DNA from: an uncultured delta proteobacterium
GTDB taxonomy: Bacteria > Myxococcota > Kuafuiibacteriia > Kuafuiibacteriales > Kuafuiibacteriaceae
Reading direction: 5' to 3'
Length of the DNA: 64,000 nucleotides
Assembly (NCBI GenBank): GCA_963803435.1
Contig: CAWDML010000005.1
Coordinates: forward strand, 192,001 to 256,000
In this document: positions 21,101 through 31,404 of the stretch, piece by piece
Position numbering within the stretch: position 1 is the stretch's first letter
Layout: every line of letters starts with the position of its first letter
Notes under the pieces: model-generated
What the model saw: the letters and a program-made list of their open reading frames with translations, nothing else
What the model was told of the DNA's origin: nothing
Database searches by the model: none
Position numbers and translations under genes: made by a program

Positions 21101-23925
21101 AGCCGATGAGCTGGAAGAAGCCGGAGGATCGGGTCTTCGAGGTCGACAGCGATCGCGACGCGTACGACCCGGGAGAGACCGCGAAGTTCGTGCTCCAGAG
21201 CCCGTTCCAGTCGGCGCGCGCGCTGGTGGTCGTCGAGGGGCCGGAGAAGAACGATTACCGGTGGCTCGACGTCGAGAAGGGCGTCGCCACGTTCTCTCAC
21301 GCAGTGGCGAGAAACGAGGTGCCGCGCCTCCCGGTGCACTTCGTGCTCATGCGTGGGCGCATTGGTTCCGCAGGGCCGATCCAGGGGACCGACCTCGGCA
21401 AGCCGATCACGATGGCGGCGACCAAGTGGATCACGGTGAACCCGGTGGAGCACCGGGTCGAGGTCGCGCTCGAGCACGCGGAGAAGGCGCAGCCCGGGCA
21501 GAAGGTCCAGATGAAGATCAGCCTCAGCGATACGAAGAAGCGTCCGCTCTCCGGAGAGGTGATACTGTGGCTGGTCGATCAAGCGGTGCTGGCGCTGGGG
21601 ACCGAGCAGGCGCTCGATCCGCTGCCCGCGTTCATCACGCCGGTGCAGACGTACCTGACCGTGGGCGACACCCGGAACGGCGTGTTCGGCCGGCTGCCGC
21701 TGGTCGAGAACCCGGGCGGCGATACCGGCGAGGAGGAGAAGGAGGCCGGACCCGAGGGGCTGCTCGACAAGGTCACGGTGCGGAAGAACTTCGAGTCGGT
21801 ACCGGTGTTCCTGCCGGCGGTGAAGGTGGGGCCGAGCGGCCAGACGACCGTGACGATCACGCTCCCTGACAACCTCACCAACTTCAAGGTGCGCGCGAAG
21901 GCGGTCAGCGGGATGGACCGCTTCGGCTCGGCGAAGAGCACCATCGCGGTCCGGCTCCCGGTGATCGTGCAGCCTGCGCTGCCGCGGTTCGTCCGCAGCG
22001 GTGACCGGGTGACCGCGGGCGGGCTGGCGCGGGTGGTCGAGGGCGAGGGCGGCCCGGGGAGCGCCGAGATCTCGGTGAAGGGCGCCCGCGTGCAGGGGAG
22101 CCGGGCGGGCACGATCGAGCTGGTCCAGAACCGACCGCTCCCGCTGCGCTTCCCGCTGGTGATCGACTCGCCGCTGTTCGAGCGCGATCCAAAGAAGCAC
22201 CCACATCTGTCCGTCACCCTCGGCGTGGAGCGCAAGAAGGACGGCGCCAAGGACGCATTCTCGGTGATGGTGCCGCTCGAGCCGGACCGCGGCGTCGAGC
22301 GGCGGCGGATCATGGAGACGCTCGCCGTGGGACAGCGGCTGCAGATCGAAGGGCTGCAGGAGCCGATCCGCGAGGGGACCGGGCGGCGAACGGTGTTGAT
22401 CTCGGATCAGCCGGCGCTGGTGCGAATGGCGGCCGGGCTCGACTTCCTGCTCGAGTATCCGCACGGCACCACCGAGGCGCGGGTGAGCCGGGCGCGGGCC
22501 TTCCTGGCGGCGAAGCAGCTCCACGACGTGGTGGCGCTTCCGGTGGACGACGAGACCATCGATCGGGGCGTCGACGAGACGCTGGCGTGGATCGGACAGG
22601 TGATCGACGCGAACGGGTTGTGCTCGTACTGGCCGGGGTCGAGGGGCTACGTGTCGCTGACGGCGTGGGTGCTCGACTTCATGGTGGAGGCCGAGCGCTC
22701 GGGACACCGCGTGGACCCGCAGGTCCGCCAGACGCTGATGGCCTCGCTCGAGCGGGCCCTCCGGTCCGACTACGCGTACTTCATCAGCGGCGAGGTCTGG
22801 GCGGAGCGTGTCTACGCACTGGAGGCGCTGGCCCACGCCGGCCGCTTCACGCCAGCGTATGCGGCGGAGCTGGCGCGCAAGGCGGACTATCTGAACCTCG
22901 AGAGCACGGCCGGTGTGGTGCAGGCGTTCCTGGCGGCGGGCAAGCGCAGCGACGCCGCGATCGATCCGCTGAGCAGGCGGATGTGGGACGGCCTCATCTT
23001 CCGGTTGCACCAAGGCAAGGAGATCTACGGCGGCCTCCAGGAGCGCCACGGCGCGCGCTCGTCGCTGATCCTCCCCAGCGAGACCCGCACGGTGGCCGAG
23101 ATGGTTCGGGCGCTGGATCTCGTCGACGGCAAGCAGGAGAAGCTGCGGCTGTTGACCGACGCGCTCGTGACGCTGGGCCGGGACGACGGCTGGGGCACCA
23201 CCAACGCGAACGCTTCGGCGATGCTGGCGCTGGCGCAGCGGTTCGACGCGAGTCGCGAGACGGAGTCGCATCGGGTGGTGGTGAAGGTCGGCGGCAAGAG
23301 CCAGACGCTCGAGCTGGGACCAAAGCAGCACTTCGCACGATGGTCCACCGATCGGATCGAGCCGATGGAGATTGCGGTGAGCGGAGGGACGGAGCCGGTG
23401 ATCGTTCGCATCGAGACCAGCTGCGTGCCGAAGGCGCCCGGCAGCGCGATCGAGCCGGAGTCGCGCGGGTTCGTGGTGACCCGCGAGCAGCTCCGGGTGA
23501 AGGAGGGCGGGCCGCCGGAGCGGATCCGGATCGAGGAGGCGTCGAAGACGATCGCGCTCGCGATCGGCGATGTCGTCGAGGAGCACGTGCAGGTGGTGAA
23601 CCCGAAGGACCGCCACTACGCGGCGATCTCGGTGCCCCTGGCGGCGGGAATGGAGCCCCTCAACGCCAGCCTGGCCACGGCGCCCCCGGAGGCGCGCCCG
23701 ACCGGCCGCAACACGGCCGCGCCGACGTACCTGGCGTTCCTCGACGACCGCGTCACCTACTACTTCGACACGCTGCCCAAGGGGACCTACGACTTCTACT
23801 TCCGCACGCGCGCCCAGAGCGAGGGGACCTTCACGCAGCCGCCGGCGACGGGCGAGATGCTGTACGACAATACGGTGGCGGGGCGCTCGCCGGGCGCCCG
23901 CGTGGTGGTGACGAGGAAGGAGTAG
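18131..23925 (+). CDS. Bacterial alpha-2-macroglobulin-family protein; apparent frameshift at ~18960
   Basis: ERPVYRPED (MG2), VDQAVL, VRKNF, LPDNLT, YFDTLPKGTY; joins ORFs 18131-19015 and 18274-23925. Confidence 0.9.
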
Positions 23926-26241
23926 ATGAAGCGCCGCCTCCTTCAGGCGCTGCTCGTCTGCGCCCTTGGCCTCTCGATCTACGGCGCCTCGCTGATGGTG
24001 GAGGCGTCCGGGCGGGCGCATCTCCGGGCGCCGCCGCCGACGCTGATCCTGCTCGATCGACACGATCGGTTCCTGGCGGAGGTAGCTCGCCGGAGCTCGC
24101 TGCGCGCTCCGCTTGCCGGCCGGAGCGACGAGCTCGGGTACTGGCCCGTCGATCCGATCCCGACGCGGGTGGCGGACGCGATGATCGCGATCGAGGACAA
24201 GAACTTCTGGGGTCACCGCGGCGTGGATATGCAAGCCATCCTGCGGGCGGTTTGGCAGAACCTGAGCACCGGGCGGCGGATCTCGGGGGCCTCCACCATC
24301 GCGATGCAGGTGGCCCGGATGCAGGATCCCGAGCCGCGCACGCTCCGGAACAAGGCGGTGGAGGCGCTGACGGCGATGCTCCTGGTGGAGCGCTACGGGC
24401 GGGAGCGGGTGATGGCGCAGTACCTCCGGATCGCGCCCTACGGGAGCTCGACCCGCGGGATCGCGTTTGCGGCGCGCCGGTACTTCGACAAGCCGGTCGC
24501 GGATCTGAGCTGGGCCGAGATCGGCTTTTTGGCGGCGATCCCGCAGTCGCCCTCCCGCATGAACCCGTACCAGCAAAAGGGCCGGAAGCGCGCGATCGCC
24601 CGCGGTCGGCGGATCCTGGATCTCCTGCGGCGTGCGGGCGTGATGTCGGAGGACGAGCGCGCCCTGGCGGAGGCCCAGATCCGGACCCTCTCGATCCCGC
24701 GCCGGCCGGCTCGGCCGGAGTGTGCGATACATGCGGTCCTTCGTCTGGAGCGCGAGCTCGCGGGCGCCGTGGTGGAGGCGCCGATCGTGCGGACCACGCT
24801 CGATCTCGACCTCATGGAGCAGCTCTACGACGTGCTCGACGAGTCGGTGCATCACCTCGCGCCGAACGGGGCGAACAACGCCGCCATGGTGATCGCAGAT
24901 CGCGACACGTCGGAGGTGGTGGCGTATCTCGGATCGGTCGACTGGTTCGATCCGTCGCGCGCCGGCGCGATCGACTTCGCCGGCACGCCCCGCCCCAGCG
25001 GCAGCACGCTCAAGCCCTTCGTGTACGCCCTCGCACTCGACCGCGGCGTGATCACGCCCGCAACGGTGCTCGACGATCTCTTCCGCGCCCGCGGCGGGAT
25101 CAGCAACGCCGACGATTGCTTTCTCGGCCCGCTCCTGCCGCGCGTCGCGCTCGCCAACTCGCGCAACGTACCGGCCGCCAACCTCACCGAGGATGTGGGC
25201 CTGCACCCGGTCTACGATGTCTTGGCCGCGCTCCAGCTCCACCACCGCGAGCGTCCGGTTGAGCACTACGGCGTGGGCGTGACGGTCGGTCTCCTGCCGG
25301 TGACGCTCTTCGACCTGGTCTCGGCGTACACGGCCCTCGCCTCCGACGGCCGCCTGCGACCGCTCCGCTTCCTCCCGGGTGAACGGGAGGCGCGCCGGAT
25401 CTTCTCGACGGCCGCCGCCCGGCAGGTCACCGGCTTCCTCGCCGATCCGCTGGCGCGGCTTCCCACCTTCCCGCGCATGGGGACCAGCGAGTATCCGTTC
25501 CCGGTCGCGCTCAAGACCGGGACCTCGCAGGGCTATCGGGACGCGTGGACGGTGGCGTACACGCGCCGCTACCTGATCGGCGTCTGGATCGGCCGCGCCG
25601 ACGCCCGGCCGATGCACCGCGTGGGCGGTATGTCGGCGGCGGCGATCGCGCGGAGGGCCGTCGCCCTGCTGCACGCCGGCGACTTCGACGGCCTCCACGA
25701 TTTCTCGTTCCCTCCACCGGAGGGCGAGACGCCCGTGCGCATCTGCGCGCTCTCGGGCAAGGTGGCGACGCACGCCTGCGAGCACACGTTCGTCGAGTAC
25801 TTCCCGAAGGGCGAGGAGCCCCTGGAGACGTGCGACGTCCACGTGCCGGTGGCGGTGGGCCCGGGCGAGGTCCGCACCTTCGTCCGCCTCCCCGCGCGCT
25901 TCGCCGAGTGGGCCCGGGATTGAGGGCTCGAGGGCCCGCCGGCCGTGTTCGATCCCGGCGAGCACGAGGCGCCCGCGCCGAAGATCCTCCGCCCCGAGGC
26001 GGGGGCCCGGATCATCCGTGATCCCGAGGTTCCGCTCGAGCAGGCCACGCTGGCGCTGGCGGCCGCGGTCGACCCGGAGGTTCGCGAGCTGGTCTGGTCC
26101 GTGGACGGTCGGCCCTTCGCGATTGTCGGCCCGCCCTTCGCGGTGCGCTGGCCGCTCCAACCGGGGGCGCACGTCTTCGAGGCGAAGGTGCCCTACCTCA
26201 CCCACGCGGCCTCGACGGTCTCGGTGCTGGTGGAGCCTTGA
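23926..26241 (+). CDS. pbpC: Penicillin-binding protein 1C; in-frame TGA at 25921-25923
   Basis: TG motifs EDKNF..H.G.D and GASTIAMQVAR; TP motifs STLK, SRN, KTGT; C-terminal domain (25945-26241) in the same frame after TGA. Confidence 0.88.
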
Positions 26242-26275
26242 ACGGCCGGCGGAGGTCTTGTACACCCGGTCCTCG

Positions 26276-26492
26276 ATGACCGCCGCGGAGACGCGCTTCT
26301 GGAAGAAATGCTCGATCTGCAAGAAGGAGATCGGCTTCGGCGTCGAGTACAACGTCTGCAGCGTGTCCACCTGCAATCGCAAGCGGACCGGGCTGGTGTT
26401 CTGTAGCGTCGAGTGCTGGGACGCACACCTCGGGATGGCGCGTCACCGCGAGGCGTGGGCGGAGGATTCGGACGGCGCCGGCCGGTCCGTAG
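26276..26492 (+). CDS. Small stand-alone zinc-binding protein (ZZ-histone N-terminal-type domain); apparent 1-bp insertion at ~26467
   Basis: CSICKK..CSVSTC..FCSVECWDAH..H; GATTC>GATC gives AWAEDRTAPAGP* ending at TAG 26490-26492. Confidence 0.6.
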
Positions 26493-26578
26493 GGCCCACC
26501 TCCACCCGGTCACAATCTCAGACCGGGCCGAGTCCAATTCCTCGAGACCCGGCGGAGGCGTCGGGATGGAGGAGATTG

Positions 26579-27037
26579 ATGCTACCCAAAACGTTCTATC
26601 TGGCAGTGGTGGTGGCCGCCGGCGGCCTCGTTCTCTCGGCGGTGGCCGCGGATCGACGCGTGCCGGTCACGTCGGATGCGAGCGAGCTGAAGTGGACGCC
26701 CCTGGCGCCGGAGCTCGGGGACAAGGGCCCGCAGATCTCGGTCGTCTTCGGCGACCTCGCGAAGGGCCCCGTGGGTCTCCTCCTCAAGGAGCCGCCGGGC
26801 GCGCACGCGGAGCCGCACACGCATTCATCGGACTACTGGGCGGTGGTGGTGAAGGGGACGGCGACGGACTTCCTGCCCGGGCAACTGGATCGCGCGAAGC
26901 GTCTCCCTCCCGGGTCGACGTGGATGCAACCGGCCAAGCAGGCGCACGACAACACCTGCGAGAGCACGTCGGAGTGCGTGGTGTTCGTCTATTTCCCGAA
27001 CGGCTTCGACATGAAGCCGGTGCGCAGCAGCATGTAG
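26579..27037 (+). CDS. Exported cupin (DUF4437-like) protein
   Basis: GGAGGAG RBS; signal peptide; PHTHSSDYWAVVVKG...QPAKQAHDN. Confidence 0.8.
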   Translation: MLPKTFYLAVVVAAGGLVLSAVAADRRVPVTSDASELKWTPLAPELGDKGPQISVVFGDLAKGPVGLLLKEPPGAHAEPHTHSSDYWAVVVKGTATDFLPGQLDRAKRLPPGSTWMQPAKQAHDNTCESTSECVVFVYFPNGFDMKPVRSSM

Positions 27038-27047
27038 CGGGCTGACG

Positions 27048-28821
27048 TCAGGCACGCCGCTGGGTGCCGAAGCGACCGCTCCGGTGGGCCTTCTCTTCGG
27101 TGCGCGACTTCCGGACCGGCTTGGGGGCACCCTTTCGCGCCGCCGGCCGGGCGGGGCCCGCGTCGACGGGCTCGATGCGGACGGTCGGGTTCCGCGGATC
27201 CGGCCGCTCGATCCGGCGCATGAACCTGTCGGCGGCATGCTTCGCGATCTCGAAGATCGTCGCCTCGGTCCCGATGCGGATCACGCCCACCTGGTCGGCC
27301 TTCACGCCGCCGCGGCGACAGACGGTGGAGAGGATGCGCCCCTTGTCGGCGCCTTCGAGGTGGCCGCGGTTGATTCGGAAGCACACGAAGTCGTCCGAGT
27401 CCTGCCGTAGCCGCGGCTTTTGCCCGTGGCGCTCGGGGGGAGCCTCGCGCCGCGGAGATGGCGGCGCGATCTGCGTGACCTCCCGCGGCTCGCAGGGCCC
27501 GCCGTGCTGGGCGCGAGCGAGGAGGAGCCGGACCAGCGTCTTCGGATTCGAGCTCGTCGAGCAGGCGCTCGGCGAGGGCGTCGAGGCGCCGGTCCTCGTG
27601 GGTGTCCGCGACGGCGGCCAGCTCGGTGGAGAGGCGATTGTCGATGGCCGCCCGGACCTCGCGCGGCGAGGGCACCGGCAGCCAGGTCGCCTTCACGCGG
27701 GCGCGCCGCATGATGCTCTCGACGCGGACGCGCCCCGACGGCGGGACCAGGATGACGCTGGTGCCCTTTCGCCCGGCGCGCCCGGTCCGCCCGCTGCGGT
27801 GCGTGAGGCCATCGCTGTCGGTGGGGGGATCGCAGTGGATGACGCGCCCGACGTCGGGGATGTCGAGACCGCGGGCGGCGACGTCGGTGGCCACCAGCGT
27901 CGAGACCACTCCCAGGCGGAACGCCTCCAGTGTCTTGTTGCGGTCGCGCTGCTCGAGCTCGCCGCTGAGGGGCAGCGAGTGGAAGCCGGCGCGGGTGAGG
28001 CGATCCGCAAGCTCGCTTGCATCCGCGCGCGTGCGCACGAAGAGCAGCGTACGCTCGCCCGGTGCCATCATCAGCAGGTTCACCAGCGCCGACTCGCGCT
28101 CGTTCTGGTGGACGAGGTGCGCGACGTACGTGATGTCGGAGTTGGCGGCGCCGAGGTCGGTGCCCTCCACCACGATCGCGTCGCGCTGATAGCGGTTCGC
28201 GAGCGCGAGCACCTCGCGCGGGAAGGTCGCGGACATCAGGTGCGTGCGGCGCTCGGGCGGCAAGAGCCCGAGGATGGCCTCGAGCTCCTCGCGGAAGCCG
28301 AGGTCGAGCATGCGATCGGCCTCGTCGAGCACCACGGTCGCGACGCCGCTGGTGTCGATCGAGCGGCGCTCCAGGTGATCCTTGAGGCGGCCCGGCGTGC
28401 CCACCACCACCAGCGGTCGCTGGCTGAGGGCGCGCTTCTCGTCCCGGTAGCTGGCGCCGCCGGCGACGACGGCGACACCGACGCGGAGCTTGGCGTAGAG
28501 CCAGGAGAGCTCGCGGGCGAGCTGGGCGGCGAGCTCGCGGGTGGGCGCGATCAGGACGGCGTGCGGTCGGGCGCCGCGGGTGGCCGGCGGAGGCGCGGCG
28601 GCGAGCTCGATCAGCGCCGGCGCGAGGACCAGGCCGATGGCGACCGTCTTGCCCGAGCCGGTCTGGGAGGAGACGCGGAGGTCGACGCCGTCGAACGCGG
28701 GGTCGAGGACGCGGGCCTGGACCGGGGTCAGCTCGGTGAAGCCGCGGTCGAGGAGGGCTTCGGCGAGGGGTGGAGGGAGTCGATCGAACAGGGGAGGCGT
28801 GGGCATTGGGGGTCGGTTCAC
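27048..28821 (-). CDS. DEAD-box RNA helicase with C-terminal DbpA-type RNA-binding domain; apparent frameshift at ~27547
   Basis: Q motif, SQTGSGKT, PTRELA, TPGR, DEAD, SAT, ARGLD, HRSGRTGRAG; RBD in ORF 27048-27386. Confidence 0.9.
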
Positions 28822-28866
28822 GTAGCAGATGAACCTGGACTTGCCTACATAATGATTGGGCCGGGC

Positions 28867-29658
28867 TCAGTAGAGGAACGCGTCCTCGCCGTCGCTGCGG
28901 GTGATCACGAGGATCGTATCGCTCCGGGTGGTGGCGTCGATCTGGTCGTAGGCGGCCTGTACGGCCTCTGCGTGGGCCTCTCCGTAGGCGAGGACGTGCA
29001 GGATCTGCTTGTCCCAGCGATCGGCGGCCGCGACGTTCGCTGAGCTCACCAGGATGTCCCCGAGCTTGCGGCGGATGAGGGGCTCGGCGTCGGCCTCGGT
29101 GTACGGCGCGTCCCGGGGGAACGCGACGGCGCGGGTGACGCTGACGCCGATCTTGTGGCCGTCGATCGCGACCAGGAGATCGGTGATCTTGCCGTTCGGG
29201 TCCGTGTACTCGATCTCGGTCTCCGTCTTGAGGAGCACCGCGCCGTCGCAGCGCTCGAGCACCTCGTACGCGAAGACCTCCGACAAGAGCGAGCTCCCGC
29301 CGGCGTTGCCGTCGTGGATGATCTCCTGTCCGCCAGGCGTGAGGCGGTCGAGGTCGGCGTCGTCGTAGGGATCGTCGGCAAAGTCGATGCTGTTCGAGAA
29401 CACCGACGGCGAGGTGGAGGTGAGCACCGCGTCGAGCACGCCGCAGGCGCCGGAGATGACGCCGAAGCCGCTCTCACCGGCGTCGGGTGCCTCGGCGTCA
29501 GGGAGCTCGGCGTCGGAGCGCCCCGCGTCGTGCGCGCCCGCGCCGGTGTCGGGGATCAGGGCCGCGTCCTCCTCGGAGGTGCCGGCGTCGTCCGGGGAGC
29601 GTGGATCCGACGTGCACGCCAGGAGGAGCACGACCGGAGCCATCGGGAGTCGGCGCAC
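28867..29658 (-). CDS. Lipoprotein with AAC4-like (putative PD-(D/E)xK-fold) domain
   Basis: Lipobox LLAC, DAG-repeat linker, NAGGSS..SE, LLKTE.E..Y, TD, GVSVTRA, W.KQILHV. Confidence 0.7.
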   Translation of the reverse strand: MRRLPMAPVVLLLACTSDPRSPDDAGTSEEDAALIPDTGAGAHDAGRSDAELPDAEAPDAGESGFGVISGACGVLDAVLTSTSPSVFSNSIDFADDPYDDADLDRLTPGGQEIIHDGNAGGSSLLSEVFAYEVLERCDGAVLLKTETEIEYTDPNGKITDLLVAIDGHKIGVSVTRAVAFPRDAPYTEADAEPLIRRKLGDILVSSANVAAADRWDKQILHVLAYGEAHAEAVQAAYDQIDATTRSDTILVITRSDGEDAFLY

Positions 29659-29710
29659 GCCTCATCATGCGCGGGCTGGACGTCTTCGTCGAGGGCTGGT
29701 GAGCGAAGCG

Positions 29711-30940
29711 TCAGTCGACCTTGACCAGCGTGAGCCGGCCGTTGACGCCATCGTCCAGGCCGTCGTGCGCGCTCCGGGTGCACACGTCGACGCGGGAGAA
29801 GCCGCGCCCGGTGAACGCGCCGCCGGTGTCGACGGCCCGGAACTCGATCGGTCGGCCGTAGCGCCGCTCCAGCTCCGGGATCCGGAATCGATCCCCGTAA
29901 CGGACGGCGCCCCGCTCGTAGAGGCGACGGTCCAGCGCGATCGAAACGTAGTCGGCCCGACCGTCGAGATAGTCCTGCAGCGTCCCCAGCGGTCGCCCCT
30001 GCGCGTCGACGTACCCGCCCTCCATGCGAGTGTTCGCCGGGTGGTAGCCGGTGCCCTGGGCGATGCCGGCCACGCGACCGTCGGCGGGGGCGCTCGTCCG
30101 CGCGTCCCAGCCCGGGACCCTCAGGTACATGGCCTCTGTCATCGTGTATTTGCCGCTGTGCAATCGGCCGTCGGCGCCGGCGCGCAGCGTGATCTCGCGG
30201 CCCGACGCCGGATCGATCGCCGTGTAGCTCCCCGGCCCCGACTTTCCGGTGAGGGTGATGAAGTGATCGGCGTCCGAGTAGGCGCTGCTGTGGCCGTCCT
30301 TGTAGTCGACGCCGGCGACGACGGGACCGTCCTCTTCGAGGTGCTGATCGAGCGAAGAGAGCCGATAGCTCGAGGTCCGTCCCAGCTTCTCCATCCCGAG
30401 TGCGCGGGCGGCCTCGTCGTCCTGGATGGCGCCGCCCGAGAAGCCGCCGCCGGCGCGGACCCGCGCGTTCGCCTGCGACGGGTTCATGGACGGATCGCGC
30501 ACACTGGCTGCCATCGCCAGCGAGGTGAGGAAGCAGCCGTGCGAGGCGATCGAGTTGCCGCCCTCGCCGAGGCGCTCGCGATAATCGCCCTGCCGCATCG
30601 GCACCACCTGCCCGCCCTGGATCGACGAAGCGCCGCCGGGCTGCTGGAGCTCGCGCGCCAGGAAGGTGCCCCCCGGCGCGGGCTCGCCGTAGCGTGGCGC
30701 GCGCAGACCCTGACCGCCCCAGCGCTGGAAGGAGTCGCCCATCGGCGTCGCTTGGCGGGTCCCGCCCAGCATCCGGAGCAGCGCGGTCAGGCCCTGATAG
30801 GCGTTCATCTCCAACGCGAAGCGGAGGAGCTCCCCGACGAACATCGCCGCGACCATCGACGACATCCCGTCGCCGGCGTCCGGTGCACCCGCACCGTCGC
30901 TGAAGTTCCGCCACCCGTATCCGGAAGTGCCGACCCGCAT
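29711..30940 (-). CDS. Peptidase C39-like plus 3D/DPBB lytic-transglycosylase-like protein (putative cell-wall-lytic effector)
   Basis: Q...GCFLTSLAMA, DHFI, IDP (C39-like); EGG..D, VSIALD, DTGGAF, VDV (3D-like); no signal peptide; start uncertain. Confidence 0.75.
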   Translation of the reverse strand: MRVGTSGYGWRNFSDGAGAPDAGDGMSSMVAAMFVGELLRFALEMNAYQGLTALLRMLGGTRQATPMGDSFQRWGGQGLRAPRYGEPAPGGTFLARELQQPGGASSIQGGQVVPMRQGDYRERLGEGGNSIASHGCFLTSLAMAASVRDPSMNPSQANARVRAGGGFSGGAIQDDEAARALGMEKLGRTSSYRLSSLDQHLEEDGPVVAGVDYKDGHSSAYSDADHFITLTGKSGPGSYTAIDPASGREITLRAGADGRLHSGKYTMTEAMYLRVPGWDARTSAPADGRVAGIAQGTGYHPANTRMEGGYVDAQGRPLGTLQDYLDGRADYVSIALDRRLYERGAVRYGDRFRIPELERRYGRPIEFRAVDTGGAFTGRGFSRVDVCTRSAHDGLDDGVNGRLTLVKVD

Positions 30941-31059
30941 CTCGACCAACCCGGGTGCATCGAGGAGGCCAAGCGGCGACGCGGTGCTCGGCCGGCGACG
31001 ATGCGGGGTGGAGCCCGCAGACGTGCGGGATCGAGCCCGCAAGCGATCGCTGCCATGGG

Positions 31060-31160
31060 GTCAGGTGGCGCAGCGCCTCGGCGACGGCCCGCACACCATC
31101 GGCGACGCCGGCTGCTTCCTCACCTCCCTCACGATGGCGTCGTGCATCCTCCACTGCAGC
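31060..31160 (+). pseudogene. Inverted fragment of a C39-like peptidase (active-site Cys segment)
   Basis: QRLGDGPHTIGDAGCFLTSLTMAS; collinear with 30505-30580 on the opposite strand. Confidence 0.6.
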
Positions 31161-31404
31161 AAGGGTTCGATCCTCCTCCAAAGCGCATCCGGTCGGTTCG
31201 CGAACTTCGCTTCCACCTCTCCATCGACCACCGCTTCGATCGCGCCGTCCGTCCGTAGTGGGACTCTCCGAGCGTCCCGGGAGTGCGCCTCGACACCTGG
31301 GCGGTGAGACTCCGCGCACACGAAACGCGCCGAATTCGGCGTAAGTCGAGCGTAATTGGAGAGCTGCGTCTCGGCGGCCACACTGCCGACCAGCGAGGTA
31401 CTCG

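Noticed and set aside
25921-25923. TGA recoding (selenocysteine or alternative genetic code) at in-frame stops here and at 57665-57667
   Set aside because: TGA terminates many normal genes in the window, neither site is a catalytic Cys position, and both fit GATCGA>GATTGA
12905-26382. Very long minus-strand ORFs (12905-16942, 20950-26382)
   Set aside because: Arg-rich antisense shadows of real plus-strand genes, expected at this GC content
26018-27037. Zinc finger-cupin fusion protein
   Set aside because: The cupin has its own RBS and signal peptide; one-base correction at GATTC gives the zinc protein a natural stop
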